Shown piece after piece: positions 49,701 through 62,207 of a stretch of 64,000 bases of DNA; the first letter of the stretch is position 1, and each line of letters starts with the position of its first letter. Position numbers and translations under genes: made by a program. Origin of the DNA: Eledone cirrhosa (Eukaryota); assembly GCA_964016885.1 (NCBI GenBank), contig OZ024740.1, positions 433,504,001-433,568,000 of the forward strand, given 5' to 3'. The notes beneath the pieces are model-generated. The model was not told the DNA's origin. It made no database searches and saw only the letters and a list, made by a program, of their open reading frames with translations.

Positions 49701-52700
49701 TGGGGTGAAAGATCTAGTTTCTTTCATCTGTTTGGGGTGAAAGACCTAGTTTCTTTAATCTGTTAGGGGTGAAAGACCTAGTTTCTTTCATCTGTTTGGG
49801 ATGAAAGACCTAGTTTCTTTAATCTGTTAGGGGTGAAAGACCTAGTTTCTTTCATCTGTTTGGGATGAAAGACCTAGTTTCTTTCATCTGTTTGGGGTGA
49901 AAGACCTAGTTTCTTTAATCTGTTAGGGGTGAAAGACCTAGTTTCTTTCATCTGTTTGGGATGAAAGACCTAGTTTCTTTCATCTGTTTGGAGTGTAAGA
50001 CCTAGTTTCACTCATCTGTTTGAGGTGAAAGACTTAGTTTCTCTCATCTGTTTGGGGTGAAAGACGTAGTTTCTCTCATCTGTTTGGGGTGAAAGACCTA
50101 GATTCTGTCATCTGTTTGAGGTGAAAGGCCTAGTTTCTTTCATGTGTTTGAGGTGAAAGACTTAGTTTCTCTCATCTGTTTGAGGTGAAATACTTATTTT
50201 CTTTCATCTGTTTGGGGTGAAAGACCCAGTTTCTCTCATCTGTTTGGAATGAAAGACCTAGTTCCTCTCATCTGTTTGGCGTGAAAAACCTAGTTTCTCT
50301 CATCTGTTTGAGGTGAAAGACCTAGTTTCTCTCATCTGTTTGGGATGAAAGACCTAGTTTCTTTCATCTGTTTGGGGTGAAAGACCTAGTTTCTTTCATC
50401 TGTTTGGGGTGAAAGACCTAGTTTCTTTCATCTGTTTGGGGTGAAAGACCTAGTTTCTTTCATCTGTTTGGGATGAAAGACCTAGTTTCTTTCATCTGGT
50501 TGGGATGAAAGACCTAGTTTCTCTCATCTGTTTGGGGTGAAAGACCTAGTTTCTTTCATCTATTTGGGGTGAAAGACCTAGTTTCTGTCATCTGTTTGGG
50601 GTGAAAGACCTAGTTTCTCTCATCTGTTTGGGGTGAAAGACCTAGTTTCTGTCATCTGTTTGGGGTGAAAGGCCTAGTTTCTTTCATCTGTTTAGGGTGA
50701 AAGAACTAGTTTCTCTCATCTGTTTGGGGTCAAAGTCCTAGTTTCTGTCATCTGTTTGACGTGAAAGACCTAGTTTCACTCATCTGTTTGGGATGAAAGA
50801 CCTAGTTTCTCTCATCTGTTTGACGTGAAAGACCTAGTTTCACTCATCTGTTTGGGATGAAAGACCTAGTTTCTTTAATCTGTTTTGGGTGAAAGACCTA
50901 GTTTGTCTCATCTGTTTGGGGTGAAAGACCTAGTTTATCTCATCTGTTTGGGGTGAAAGACCTAGTTTGAGTCATCTGTTTGGGGTGAAAGACCTAGTTT
51001 CTGTCATCTGTTTGGGGTGAAAGACCAAGTTTCTCTCATCTGTTTGGGATGAAAGACGTAGTTTCTTTCATCTGTTTGGGATGAAAGACCTAGTTTCTGT
51101 CATTCGTTTGGCGTGAAATACCTAGTTTCTCTCATCTGTCTGAGGTGAAAGACCTAGTTTTTCTCATCTGTTTGGGGTGAAAGACCTAGTTTCTTTCATC
51201 TGTTTGAGGTGAAAGACCTAGTTTCTTTCATCTGTTTGGGGTGAAAGACTTAGTTTCTCTCATCTGTTTGGGATGAAAGACTTAGTTTCTCTCATCTGTT
51301 TGGCATGAAAGACCTAGTTTGTCTCATCTGTTTGGGGTGAAAGACCTAGTTTCTGTAATCTGTTTGGGCTGAAAGACCTAGTTTCTGTCATCTTTTTGGG
51401 GTGAAAGACCTAGTTTCTCTCATCTGTTTGGTATGAACATCCTAGTTTCTCTCATCTGTTTGGGATGAAAGACTTAGTTTCTCTCATTTGTTTGGGATGA
51501 AAGACCTAGTTTCTTTCATCTGGTTGGGGTTAAAGACCTAGTTTGTCTCATCTGTTTGGGGTGAAAGACCTAGTTTCTCCTATCTGTTTGGGGTGAAAGA
51601 CCTAGTTTCTCTCATCTGTTTGAGGTGAAAGACCTAGTTTCTTTCATCTGTTTGGGGTGAAAGACTTAGTTTCTCTCATCTCTTTGGGGTGAAAGACCTA
51701 GTTTCTTTTATCTGTTTGGGGTTAAAGACCTAGTTTGTCTCATCTGTTTGGGGTGAAAGACCTAGTTTATCTCATCTGTTTGGGGTGAAAGACCTAGTTT
51801 CTCTCCTCTGTTTGGGGTGAAAGACCTAGTTTCTCTCATCTGTTTGGGGTGAAAGACCTAGTTTCTCTCATCTGTTTGGGGTGAAAGACCTAGTTTCTCT
51901 CATCTGTTGGGATGAAAGACCTAGTTTCTCTCATCTGTTGGGATGAAAGACCTAGTTTCCGTCATTCGTTTGCCGTGAAAAACCTAGTTTCTCTCATCTG
52001 TTTGAGGTGAAAGACCTAGTTTTTCTCATCTCTTTGGGGTGAAAGAACTAGTTTCTCTCCTCTGTTTGGGGTGAAAGACCTAGTTTCTGTCATCTGTTTG
52101 GGTTAAATGACCTAGTTTCTCTCATCTGTTTGGGGTGAAAGAACTAGTTTCTCTCATCTGTTTGAGGTGAAAGACATAGTTTCTCTCATCTGTTTGGGGT
52201 GAAAGACCTAGTTTCTTTCATCTGTTTGGGGTGAAAGACCTAGTTTCTCTCATCTCTTTGGGGTGAAAGACCTAGTTTCTCTCATCTGTTTGGGATGAAA
52301 GACCTAGTTTCTCTCATCTGTCTGGGGTAAAAGTCCTAGTTTCTCTCATCTGTTTGGGATGAAAGACCTAGTGTCTCTCATCTGTTTGGGGTAAAAGTCC
52401 TAGTTTCAATCATCTGTTTGGGATGAAAGACCTTGTTTCTCTCGTCGGTTTGGGGTGAAAGACCTAGTTTCTCTCATTTGTTTGAGGTAAAGACCTAGTT
52501 TCTCTCATCTGTTTTGGGTGAAAGACCTAGTTTGTCTCATCTGTTTGGGGTAAAAGACCTAGTTTATCTCATCTGTCTGGGGTGAAAGACCTAGTTAATC
52601 CTATCTGTTTGGGGTGAAAGACCTAGTTTCTTTCATCTGTTTGGGATGAAAGACTTAGTTTCTCTCATCTGTTTGGGATGAAAGACCTAGTTTCTTTCAT

Positions 52701-53960
52701 CTGTTTGAGGTGAAAGACCTAGTTTCTCTCATCTGTTTGGGGTGAAAGACCTACTTTCCCACATCTGTTCGGGGTGAAAGACCTAGTTTCTCTCATCTGT
52801 TTCAGGTGAAAGACCTAGTTTCTCTCATCTGTGTGGGGTGAAAGACCTAGTTTCTCTCATCTGTTTGGGGTGAAAGACCTAGTTTCTCTCATCTGTTTGG
52901 GATGAAAGACCTAGTTTCTTCCATCTGTTTGGGGTGAGAGACCTAGTTTCTCTCATCTGTTTGGGATGAGAGACCTAGTTTCTGTCATGTTTGGGGTGAA
53001 AGACCTAGTTTCATCTGTTTGAGGTGAAAGACCTAGTTTCTCTCATCTGTTTGGGGTGAAAGACCTAGTTTGTCTCATCTGTTTGGGGTGAAACACCTAG
53101 TTTATCTCATCCGTTTGGGGTGAAAGACCTAGTTTCTCCTATCTGTTTGGGGTGAAAGACCTAGTTTCTCTCATCTGTTTGGGGTGAAAGACCTAGTTTC
53201 TCTCATCTGTTTGGGGTGAAAGACCTAGTTTCTCTCATCTGTTTGGGATGAAAGTCCTAGTTTCTTTCATCTGTTTGGGGTGAAAGACCTAGTTTCTTTC
53301 ATCTGTTTGAGGTGAAAGACCTAGTTCCATCTGTTTGAAGTGAAAGACCTAGTTTCTCTCATCTGTTTGGAGTGAAAGACCTAGTTTCACTCATCTGTTT
53401 GAGGTGAAAGACTTAGTTTCTCTCATCTGTTTGGGGTGAAAGACGTAGTTTCTCTCATCTGTTTGGGGTGAAAGACCTAGTTTCTGTCATCTGTTTGAGG
53501 TGAAAGGCCTAGTTTCTTTCATCTGTTTGAGGTGAAAGACGTAGTTTCTCTCATCTGTTTGGAGTGAAAGACCTAGTTTCACTCATCGGTTTGGAGTGTA
53601 AGACCTAGTTTCAATCATCTGTTTGAGGTGAAAGACTTAGTTTCTCTCATCTGTTTGGGTTAAATGACCTAGTTTCTCTCATCTGTTTGGGGTGAAAGAC
53701 CTAGTTTCTCTCATCTGTTTGAGGTGAAAGACATAGTTTCTCTCATCTGTTTGGGGTGAAAGACCTAGTTTCTTTCATCTGTTTGGGGTCAAAGACCTAG
53801 TTTCTATCATCTGTTTGGGGTGAAAGACCTAGTTTCTCTCATCTGTTTGGGATGAAAGACCTAGTGTCTCTCATCTGTTTGGGGTAAAAGTCCTAGTTTC
53901 AATCATCTGTTTGGGATGAAAGACCTTGTTTCTCTCGTCGGTTTGGGGTGAAAGACCTAG
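41265..53960. repeat. Two copies of an about 5-kb block (about 41265-46245 and 49010-53960), offset 7,745 then 7,713 bp
   Basis: CTCAGG 41291/49036; GTATGAACATCC 43718/51431; GTTAATCC 44881/52594; CATCGG 45871/53584. One monomer is missing near 50150 in the second copy. Confidence 0.85.
45925..48744. repeat. Tandem duplication within the satellite, period 1,246 bp (39 monomers), about 2.3 copies
   Basis: GGTTAAATGACC 45945/47191/48437 and GTATGAGCATCC 46521/47767. 39x32 minus 2 = 1246. Confidence 0.9.
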
Positions 53961-54259
53961 TTTCTCTCATCTGTTTGGGGTGAAAGACCTAGTTTCTTTC
54001 ATCTGTTTGGGATGAAAGACTTAGTTTCTCTCATCTGTTTGGGATGAAAGACCTAGTTTCTTTCATCTGTTTGAGGTGAAAGACCTAGTTTCTCTCATCT
54101 GTTTGGGGTGAAAGACCTACTTTCTCACATCTGTTCGGGGTGAAAGACCTAGTTTCTTTCATCTGTTTCAGGTGAAAGACCTAGTTTCTCTCATCTGTGT
54201 GGGGTGAAAGACCTAGTTTCTCTCATCTGTTTGGGGTGAAAGACCTAGTTTCTCTCATC

Positions 54260-56290
54260 TGTTTGGGGTGAAAGACCTAGTTTCTTCCATCTGTTTGGGG
54301 TGAAAGACCTAGTTTCTCTCATCTGTTTGGGATGAGAGACCTAGTTTCTGTCATGTTTGGGGTGAAAGACCTAGTTTCTTTCCTCAGGTGAAAGACCTAG
54401 TTTCATCTGTTTGAGGTGAAAGACCTAGTTTCTCTCATCTGTTTGGGGTGAAAGACCTAGTTTGTCTCATCTGTTTGGGGTGAAACACCTAGTTTATCTC
54501 ATCCGTTTGGGGTGAAAGACCTAGTTTCTCCTATCTGTTTGGGGTGAAAGACCTAGTTTCTCTCATCTGTTTGGGGTGAAAGACCTAGTTCCATCTGTTT
54601 GAAGTGAAAGACCTAGTTTCTCTCATCTGTTTGGAGTGAAAGACCTAGTTTCACTCATCTGTTTGAGGTGAAAGACTTAGTTTCTCTCATCTGTTTGGGG
54701 TGAAAGACGTAGTTTCTCTCATCTGTTTGGGGTGAAAGACCTAGTTTCTGTCATCTGTTTGAGGTGAAAGGCCTAGTTTCTTTCATCTGTTTGAGGTGAA
54801 AGACGTAGTTTCTCTCATCTGTTTGGAGTGAAAGACCTAGTTTCACTCATCTGTTTGGGATGAAAGACCTAGTTTCTCTCATCTGTTTGGGGTGAAAGAC
54901 CTAGTTTCTTTCATCTGTTTGGGGTGAAAGATCTAGTTTCTTTCATCTGTTTGGGGTGAAAGACCTAGTTTCTTTAATCTGTTAGGGGTGAAAGACCTAG
55001 TTTCTTTCATCTGTTTGGGATGAAAGACCTAGTTTCTTTAATCTGTTAGGGGTGAAAGACCTAGTTTCTTTCATCTGTTTGGGATGAAAGACCTAGTTTC
55101 TTTCATCTGTTTGGGGTGAAAGACCTAGTTTCTTTAATCTGTTAGGGGTGAAAGACCTAGTTTCTTTCATCTGTTTGGGATGAAAGACCTAGTTTCTTTC
55201 ATCTGTTTGGAGTGTAAGACCTAGTTTCACTCATCTGTTTGAGGTGAAAGACTTAGTTTCTCTCATCTGTTTGGGGTGAAAGACCTAGTTTCTTCCATCT
55301 GTTTGGGGTGAAAGACCTAGTTTCTCTCATCTGTTTGGGATGAGAGACCTAGTTTCTGTCATGTTTGGGGTGAAAGACCTAGTTTCTTTCCTCAGGTGAA
55401 AGACCTAGTTTCATCTGTTTGAGGTGAAAGACCTAGTTTCTCTCATCTGTTTGGGGTGAAAGACCTAGTTTGTCTCATCTGTTTGGGGTGAAACACCTAG
55501 TTTATCTCATCCGTTTGGGGTGAAAGACCTAGTTTCTCCTATCTGTTTGGGGTGAAAGACCTAGTTTCTCTCATCTGTTTGGGGTGAAAGACCTAGTTCC
55601 ATCTGTTTGAAGTGAAAGACCTAGTTTCTCTCATCTGTTTGGAGTGAAAGACCTAGTTTCACTCATCTGTTTGAGGTGAAAGACTTAGTTTCTCTCATCT
55701 GTTTGGGGTGAAAGACGTAGTTTCTCTCATCTGTTTGGGGTGAAAGACCTAGTTTCTGTCATCTGTTTGAGGTGAAAGGCCTAGTTTCTTTCATCTGTTT
55801 GAGGTGAAAGACGTAGTTTCTCTCATCTGTTTGGAGTGAAAGACCTAGTTTCACTCATCTGTTTGGGATGAAAGACCTAGTTTCTCTCATCTGTTTGGGG
55901 TGAAAGACCTAGTTTCTTTCATCTGTTTGGGGTGAAAGATCTAGTTTCTTTCATCTGTTTGGGGTGAAAGACCTAGTTTCTTTAATCTGTTAGGGGTGAA
56001 AGACCTAGTTTCTTTCATCTGTTTGGGATGAAAGACCTAGTTTCTTTAATCTGTTAGGGGTGAAAGACCTAGTTTCTTTCATCTGTTTGGGATGAAAGAC
56101 CTAGTTTCTTTCATCTGTTTGGGGTGAAAGACCTAGTTTCTTTAATCTGTTAGGGGTGAAAGACCTAGTTTCTTTCATCTGTTAGGGGTGAAAGACCTAG
56201 TTTCTTTCATCTGTTTGGAGTGTAAGACCTAGTTTCACTCATCTGTTTGAGGTGAAAGACTTAGTTTCTCTCATCTGTTTGGGGTGAAAG
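54260..56290. repeat. Tandem duplication within the satellite, period 1,008 bp (32 monomers)
   Basis: 26-bp monomer marker CTCAGG at 54383/55391 and AGATCT at 54929/55937. 32x32 minus 16 = 1008. Confidence 0.88.
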
Positions 56291-57083
56291 ACGTAGTTTC
56301 TCTCATCTGTTTGGGGTGAAAGACCTAGATTCTGTCATCTGTTTGAGGTGAAAGGCCTAGTTTCTTTCATGTGTTTGAGGTGAAAGGCCTAGTTTCTCTC
56401 ATCTGTTTGGGGTGAAAGACTTAGTTTCTCTCATCTGTTTGAGGTGAAATACTTATTTTCTTTCATCTGTTTGGGGTGAAAGACCCAGTTTCTCTCATCT
56501 GTTTGGAGTGAAAGACCTAGTTCCTCTCATCTGTTTGGCGTGAAAAACCTAGTTTCTCTCATCTGTTTGAGGTGAAAGACCTAGTTTCTCTCATCTGTTT
56601 GGGATGAAAGACCTAGTTTCTTTCATCTGTTTGGGGTGAAAGACCTAGTTTCTTTCATCTGTTTGGGGTGAAAGACCTAGTTTCTTTCATCTGTTTGGGG
56701 TGAAAGACCTAGTTTCTTTCATCTGTTTGGGATGAAAGACCTAGTTTCTTTCATCTGGTTGGGATGAAAGACCTAGTTTCTCTCATCTGTTTGGGGTGAA
56801 AGACCTAGTTTCTTTCATCTATTTGGGGTGAAAGACCTAGTTTCTGTCATCTGTTTGGGGTGAAAGACCTAGTTTCTCTCATCTGTTTGGGGTGAAAGAC
56901 CTAGTTTCTGTCATCTGTTTGGGGTGAAAGGCCTAGTTTCTTTCATCTGTTTAGGGTGAAAGAACTAGTTTCTCTCATCTGTTTGGGGTTAAAGTCCTAG
57001 TTTCTGTCATCTTTTTGGAGTGAAAGACCTAATTTCTCTCATCTGTTTGGGATGAAAGACCTAGTTTCTCTCATCTGTTTGAC

Positions 57084-60000
57084 GTGAAAGACCTAGTTTC
57101 ACTCATCTGTTTGGGATGAAAGACCTAGTTTCTTTAATCTGTTTTGGGTGAAAGACCTAGTTTGTCTCATCTGTTTGGGGTGAAAGACCTAGTTTATCTC
57201 ATCTGTTTGGGGTGAAAGACCTAGTTTGAGTCATCTGTTTGGGGTGAAAGACCTAGTTTCTGTCATCTGTTTGGGGTGAAAGACCAAGTTTCTCTCATCT
57301 GTTTGGGATGAAAGACGTAGTTTCTTTCATCTGTTTGGGATGAAAGACCTAGTTTCTGTCATTCGTTTGGCGTGAAATACCTAGTTTCTCTCATCTGTCT
57401 GAGGTGAAAGACCTAGTTTTTCTCATCTGTTTGGGGTGAAAGACCTAGTTTCTTTCATCTGTTTGAGGTGAAAGACCTAGTTTCTTTCATCTGTTTGGGG
57501 TGAAAGACTTAGTTTCTCTCATCTGTTTGGGATGAAAGACTTAGTTTCTCTCATCTGTTTGGCATGAAAGACCTAGTTTGTCTCATCTGTTTGGGGTGAA
57601 AGACCTAGTTTCTGTAATCTGTTTGGGCTGAAAGACCTAGTTTCTGTCATCTTTTTGGGGTGAAAGACCTAGTTTCTCTCATCTGTTTGGTATGAACATC
57701 CTAGTTTCTCTCATCTGTTTGGGATGAAAGACTTAGTTTCTCTCATTTGTTTGGGATGAAAGACCTAGTTTCTTTCATCTGGTTGGGGTTAAAGACCTAG
57801 TTTGTCTCATCTGTTTGGGGTGAAAGACCTAGTTTCTCCTATCTGTTTGGGGTGAAAGACCTAGTTTCTCTCATCTGTTTGAGGTGAAAGACCTAGTTTC
57901 TTTCATCTGTTTGGGGTGAAAGACTTAGTTTCTCTCATCTCTTTGGGGTGAAAGACCTAGTTTCTTTTATCTGTTTGGGGTTAAAGACCTAGTTTGTCTC
58001 ATCTGTTTGGGGTGAAAGACCTAGTTTATCTCATCTGTTTGGGGTGAAAGACCTAGTTTCTCTCCTCTGTTTGGGGTGAAAGACCTAGTTTCTCTCATCT
58101 GTTTGGGGTGAAAGACCTAGTTTCTCTCATCTGTTTGGGGTGAAAGACCTAGTTTCTCTCATCTGTTGGGATGAAAGACCTAGTTTCTCTCATCTGTTGG
58201 GATGAAAGACCTAGTTTCCGTCATTCGTATGCCGTGAAAAACCTACTTTCTCTCATCTGTTTGAGGTGAAAGACCTAGTTTTTCTCATCTCTTTGGGGTG
58301 AAAGAACTAGTTTCTCTCCTCTGTTTGGGGTGAAAGACCTAGTTTCTGTCATCTGTTTGGGTTAAATGACCTAGTTTCTCTCATCTGTTTGGGGTGAAAG
58401 AACTAGTTTCTCTCATCTGTTTGAGGTGAAAGACATAGTTTCTCTCATCTGTTTGGGGTGAAAGACCTAGTTTCTTTCATCTGTTTGGGGTGAAAGACCT
58501 AGTTTCTCTCATCTCTTTGGGGTGAAAGACCTAGTTTCTCTCATCTGTTTGGGATGAAAGACCTAGTTTCTCTCATCTGTCTGGGGTAAAAGTCCTAGTT
58601 TCTCTCATCTGTTTGGGATGAAAGACCTAGTGTCTCTCATCTGTTTGGGGTAAAAGTCCTAGTTTCAATCATCTGTTTGGGATGAAAGACCTTGTTTCTC
58701 TCGTCGGTTTGGGGTGAAAGACCTAGTTTCTCTCATTTGTTTGAGGTAAAGACCTAGTTTCTCTCATCTGTTTTGGGTGAAAGACCTAGTTTGTCTCATC
58801 TGTTTGGGGTAAAAGACCTAGTTTATCTCATCTGTCTGGGGTGAAAGACCTAGTTAATCCTATCTGTTTGGGGTGAAAGACCTAGTTTCTTTCATCTGTT
58901 TGGGATGAAAGACTTAGTTTCTCTCATCTGTTTGGGATGAAAGACCTAGTTTCTTTCATCTGTTTGAGGTGAAAGACCTAGTTTCTCTCATCTGTTTGGG
59001 GTGAAAGACCTACTTTCCCACATCTGTTCGGGGTGAAAGACCTAGTTTCTCTCATCTGTTTCAGGTGAAAGACCTAGTTTCTCTCATCTGTGTGGGGTGA
59101 AAGACCTAGTTTCTCTCATCTGTTTGGGGTGAAAGACCTAGTTTCTCTCATCTGTTTGGGATGAAAGACCTAGTTTCTTCCATCTGTTTGGGGTGAGAGA
59201 CCTAGTTTCTCTCATCTGTTTGGGATGAGAGACCTAGTTTCTGTCATGTTTGGGGTGAAAGACCTAGTTTCATCTGTTTGAGGTGAAAGACCTAGTTTCT
59301 CTCATCTGTTTGGGGTGAAAGACCTAGTTTGTCTCATCTGTTTGGGGTGAAACACCTAGTTTATCTCATCCGTTTGGGGTGAAAGACCTAGTTTCTCCTA
59401 TCTGTTTGGGGTGAAAGACCTAGTTTCTCTCATCTGTTTGGGGTGAAAGACCTAGTTTCTCTCATCTGTTTGGGGTGAAAGACCTAGTTTCTCTCATCTG
59501 TTTGGGATGAAAGTCCTAGTTTCTTTCATCTGTTTGGGGTGAAAGACCTAGTTTCTTTCATCTGTTTGAGGTGAAAGACCTAGTTCCATCTGTTTGAAGT
59601 GAAAGACCTAGTTTCTCTCATCTGTTTGGAGTGAAAGACCTAGTTTCACTCATCTGTTTGGGATGAAAGACCTAGTTTCTTTAATCTGTTTTGGGTGAAA
59701 GACCTAGTTTGTCTCGTCTGTTTGGGGTGAAAGACCTAGTTTATCTCATCTGTTTGGGGTGAAAGACCTAGTTTGAGTCATCTGTTTGGGGTGAAAGACC
59801 TAGTTTCTGTCATCTGTTTGGGGTGAAAGACCAAGTTTCTCTCATCTGTTTGGGATGAAAGACGTAGTTTCTTTCATCTGTTTGGGATGAAAGACCTAGT
59901 TTCTGTCATTCGTTTGGCGTGAAATACCTAGTTTCTCTCATCTGTCTGAGGTGAAAGACCTAGTTTTTCTCATCTGTTTGGGGTGAAAGACCTAGTTTCT

Positions 60001-62207
60001 TTCATCTGTTTGAGGTGAAAGACCTAGTTTCTTTCATCTGTTTGGGGTGAAAGACTTAGTTTCTCTCATCTGTTTGGGATGAAAGACTTAGTTTCTCTCA
60101 TCTGTTTGGCATGAAAGACCTAGTTTGTCTCATCTGTTTGGGGTGAAAGACCTAGTTTCTGTAATCTGTTTGGGCTGAAAGACCTAGTTTCTGTCATCTT
60201 TTTGGGGTGAAAGACCTAGTTTCTCTCATCTGTTTGGTATGAACATCCTAGTTTCTCTCATCTGTTTGGGATGAAAGACTTAGTTTCTCTCATTTGTTTG
60301 GGATGAAAGACCTAGTTTCTTTCATCTGGTTGGGGTTAAAGACCTAGTTTGTCTCATCTGTTTGGGGTGAAAGACCTAGTTTCTCCTATCTGTTTGGGGT
60401 GAAAGACCTAGTTTCTCTCATCTGTTTGAGGTGAAAGACCTAGATTCTTTCATCTGTTTGGGGTGAAAGACTTAGTTTCTCTCATCTCTTTGGGGTGAAA
60501 GACCTAGTTTCTTTTATCTGTTTGGGGTTAAAGACCTAGTTTGTCTCATCTGTTTGGGGTGAAAGACCTAGTTTATCTCATCTGTTTGGGGTGAAAGACC
60601 TAGTTTCTCTCCTCTGTTTGGGGTGAAAGACCTAGTTTCTCTCATCTGTTTGGAGTGAAAGACCTAGTTTCTCTCATCTGTTTGGGGTGAAAGACCTAGT
60701 TTCTCTCATCTGTTGGGATGAAAGACCTAGTTTCTCTCATCTGTTGGGATGAAAGACCTAGTTTCCGTCATTCGTTTGCCGTGAAAAACCTAGTTTCTCT
60801 CATCTGTTTGAGGTGAAAGACCTAGTTTTTCTCATCTCTTTGGGGTGAAAGAACTAGTTTCTCTCCTCTGTTTGGGGTGAAAGACCTAGTTTCTGTCATC
60901 TGTTTGGGTTAAATGACCTAGTTTCTCTCATCTGTTTGGGGTGAAAGAACTAGTTTCTCTCATCTGTTTGAGGTGAAAGACATAGTTTCTCTCATCTGTT
61001 TGGGGTGAAAGACCTAGTTTCTTTCATCTGTTTGGGGTGAAAGACCTAGTTTCTCTCATCTCTTTGGGGTGAAAGACCTAGTTTCTCTCATCTGTTTGGG
61101 ATGAAAGACCTAGTTTCTCTCATCTGTCTGGGGTAAAAGTCCTAGTTTCTCTCATCTGTTTGGGATGAAAGACCTAGTGTCTCTCATCTGTTTGGGGTAA
61201 AAGTCCTAGTTTCAATCATCTGTTTGGGATGAAAGACCTTGTTTCTCTCGTCGGTTTGGGGTGAAAGACCTAGTTTCTCTCATTTGTTTGAGGTAAAGAC
61301 CTAGTTTCTCTCATCTGTTTTGGGTGAAAGACCTAGTTTGTCTCATCTGTTTGGGGTAAAAGACCTAGTTTATCTCATCTGTCTGGGGTGAAAGACCTAG
61401 TTAATCCTATCTGTTTGGGGTGAAAGACCTAGTTTCTTTCATCTGTTTGGGATGAAAGACTTAGTTTCTCTCATCTGTTTGGGATGAAAGACCTAGTTTC
61501 TTTCATCTGTTTGAGGTGAAAGACCTAGTTTCTCTCATCTGTTTGGGGTGAAAGACCTACTTTCCCACATCTGTTCGGGGTGAAAGACCTAGTTTCTCTC
61601 ATCTGTTTCAGGTGAAAGACCTAGTTTCTCTCATCTGTGTGGGGTGAAAGACCTAGTTTCTCTCATCTGTTTGGGGTGAAAGACCTAGTTTCTCTCATCT
61701 GTTTGGGATGAAAGACCTAGTTTCTTCCATCTGTTTGGGGTGAGAGACCTAGTTTCTCTCATCTGTTTGGGATGAGAGACCTAGTTTCTGTCATGTTTGG
61801 GGTGAAAGACCTAGTTTCATCTGTTTGAGGTGAAAGACCTAGTTTCTCTCATCTGTTTGGGGTGAAAGACCTAGTTTGTCTCATCTGTTTGGGGTGAAAC
61901 ACCTAGTTTATCTCATCCGTTTGGGGTGAAAGACCTAGTTTCTCCTATCTGTTTGGGGTGAAAGACCTAGTTTCTCTCATCTGTTTGGGGTGAAAGACCT
62001 AGTTTCTCTCATCTGTTTGGGGTGAAAGACCTAGTTTCTCTCATCTGTTTGGGATGAAAGTCCTAGTTTCTTTCATCTGTTTGGGGTGAAAGACCTAGTT
62101 TCTTTCATCTGTTTGAGGTGAAAGACCTAGTTCCATCTGTTTGAAGTGAAAGACCTAGTTTCTCTCATCTGTTTGGAGTGAAAGACCTAGTTTCACTCAT
62201 CTGTTTG
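57084..62207. repeat. Tandem duplication within the satellite, period 2,547 bp (80 monomers)
   Basis: GTATGAACATCC 57690/60237 and GTTAATCC 58853/61400. 80x32 minus 13 = 2547. Confidence 0.9.
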
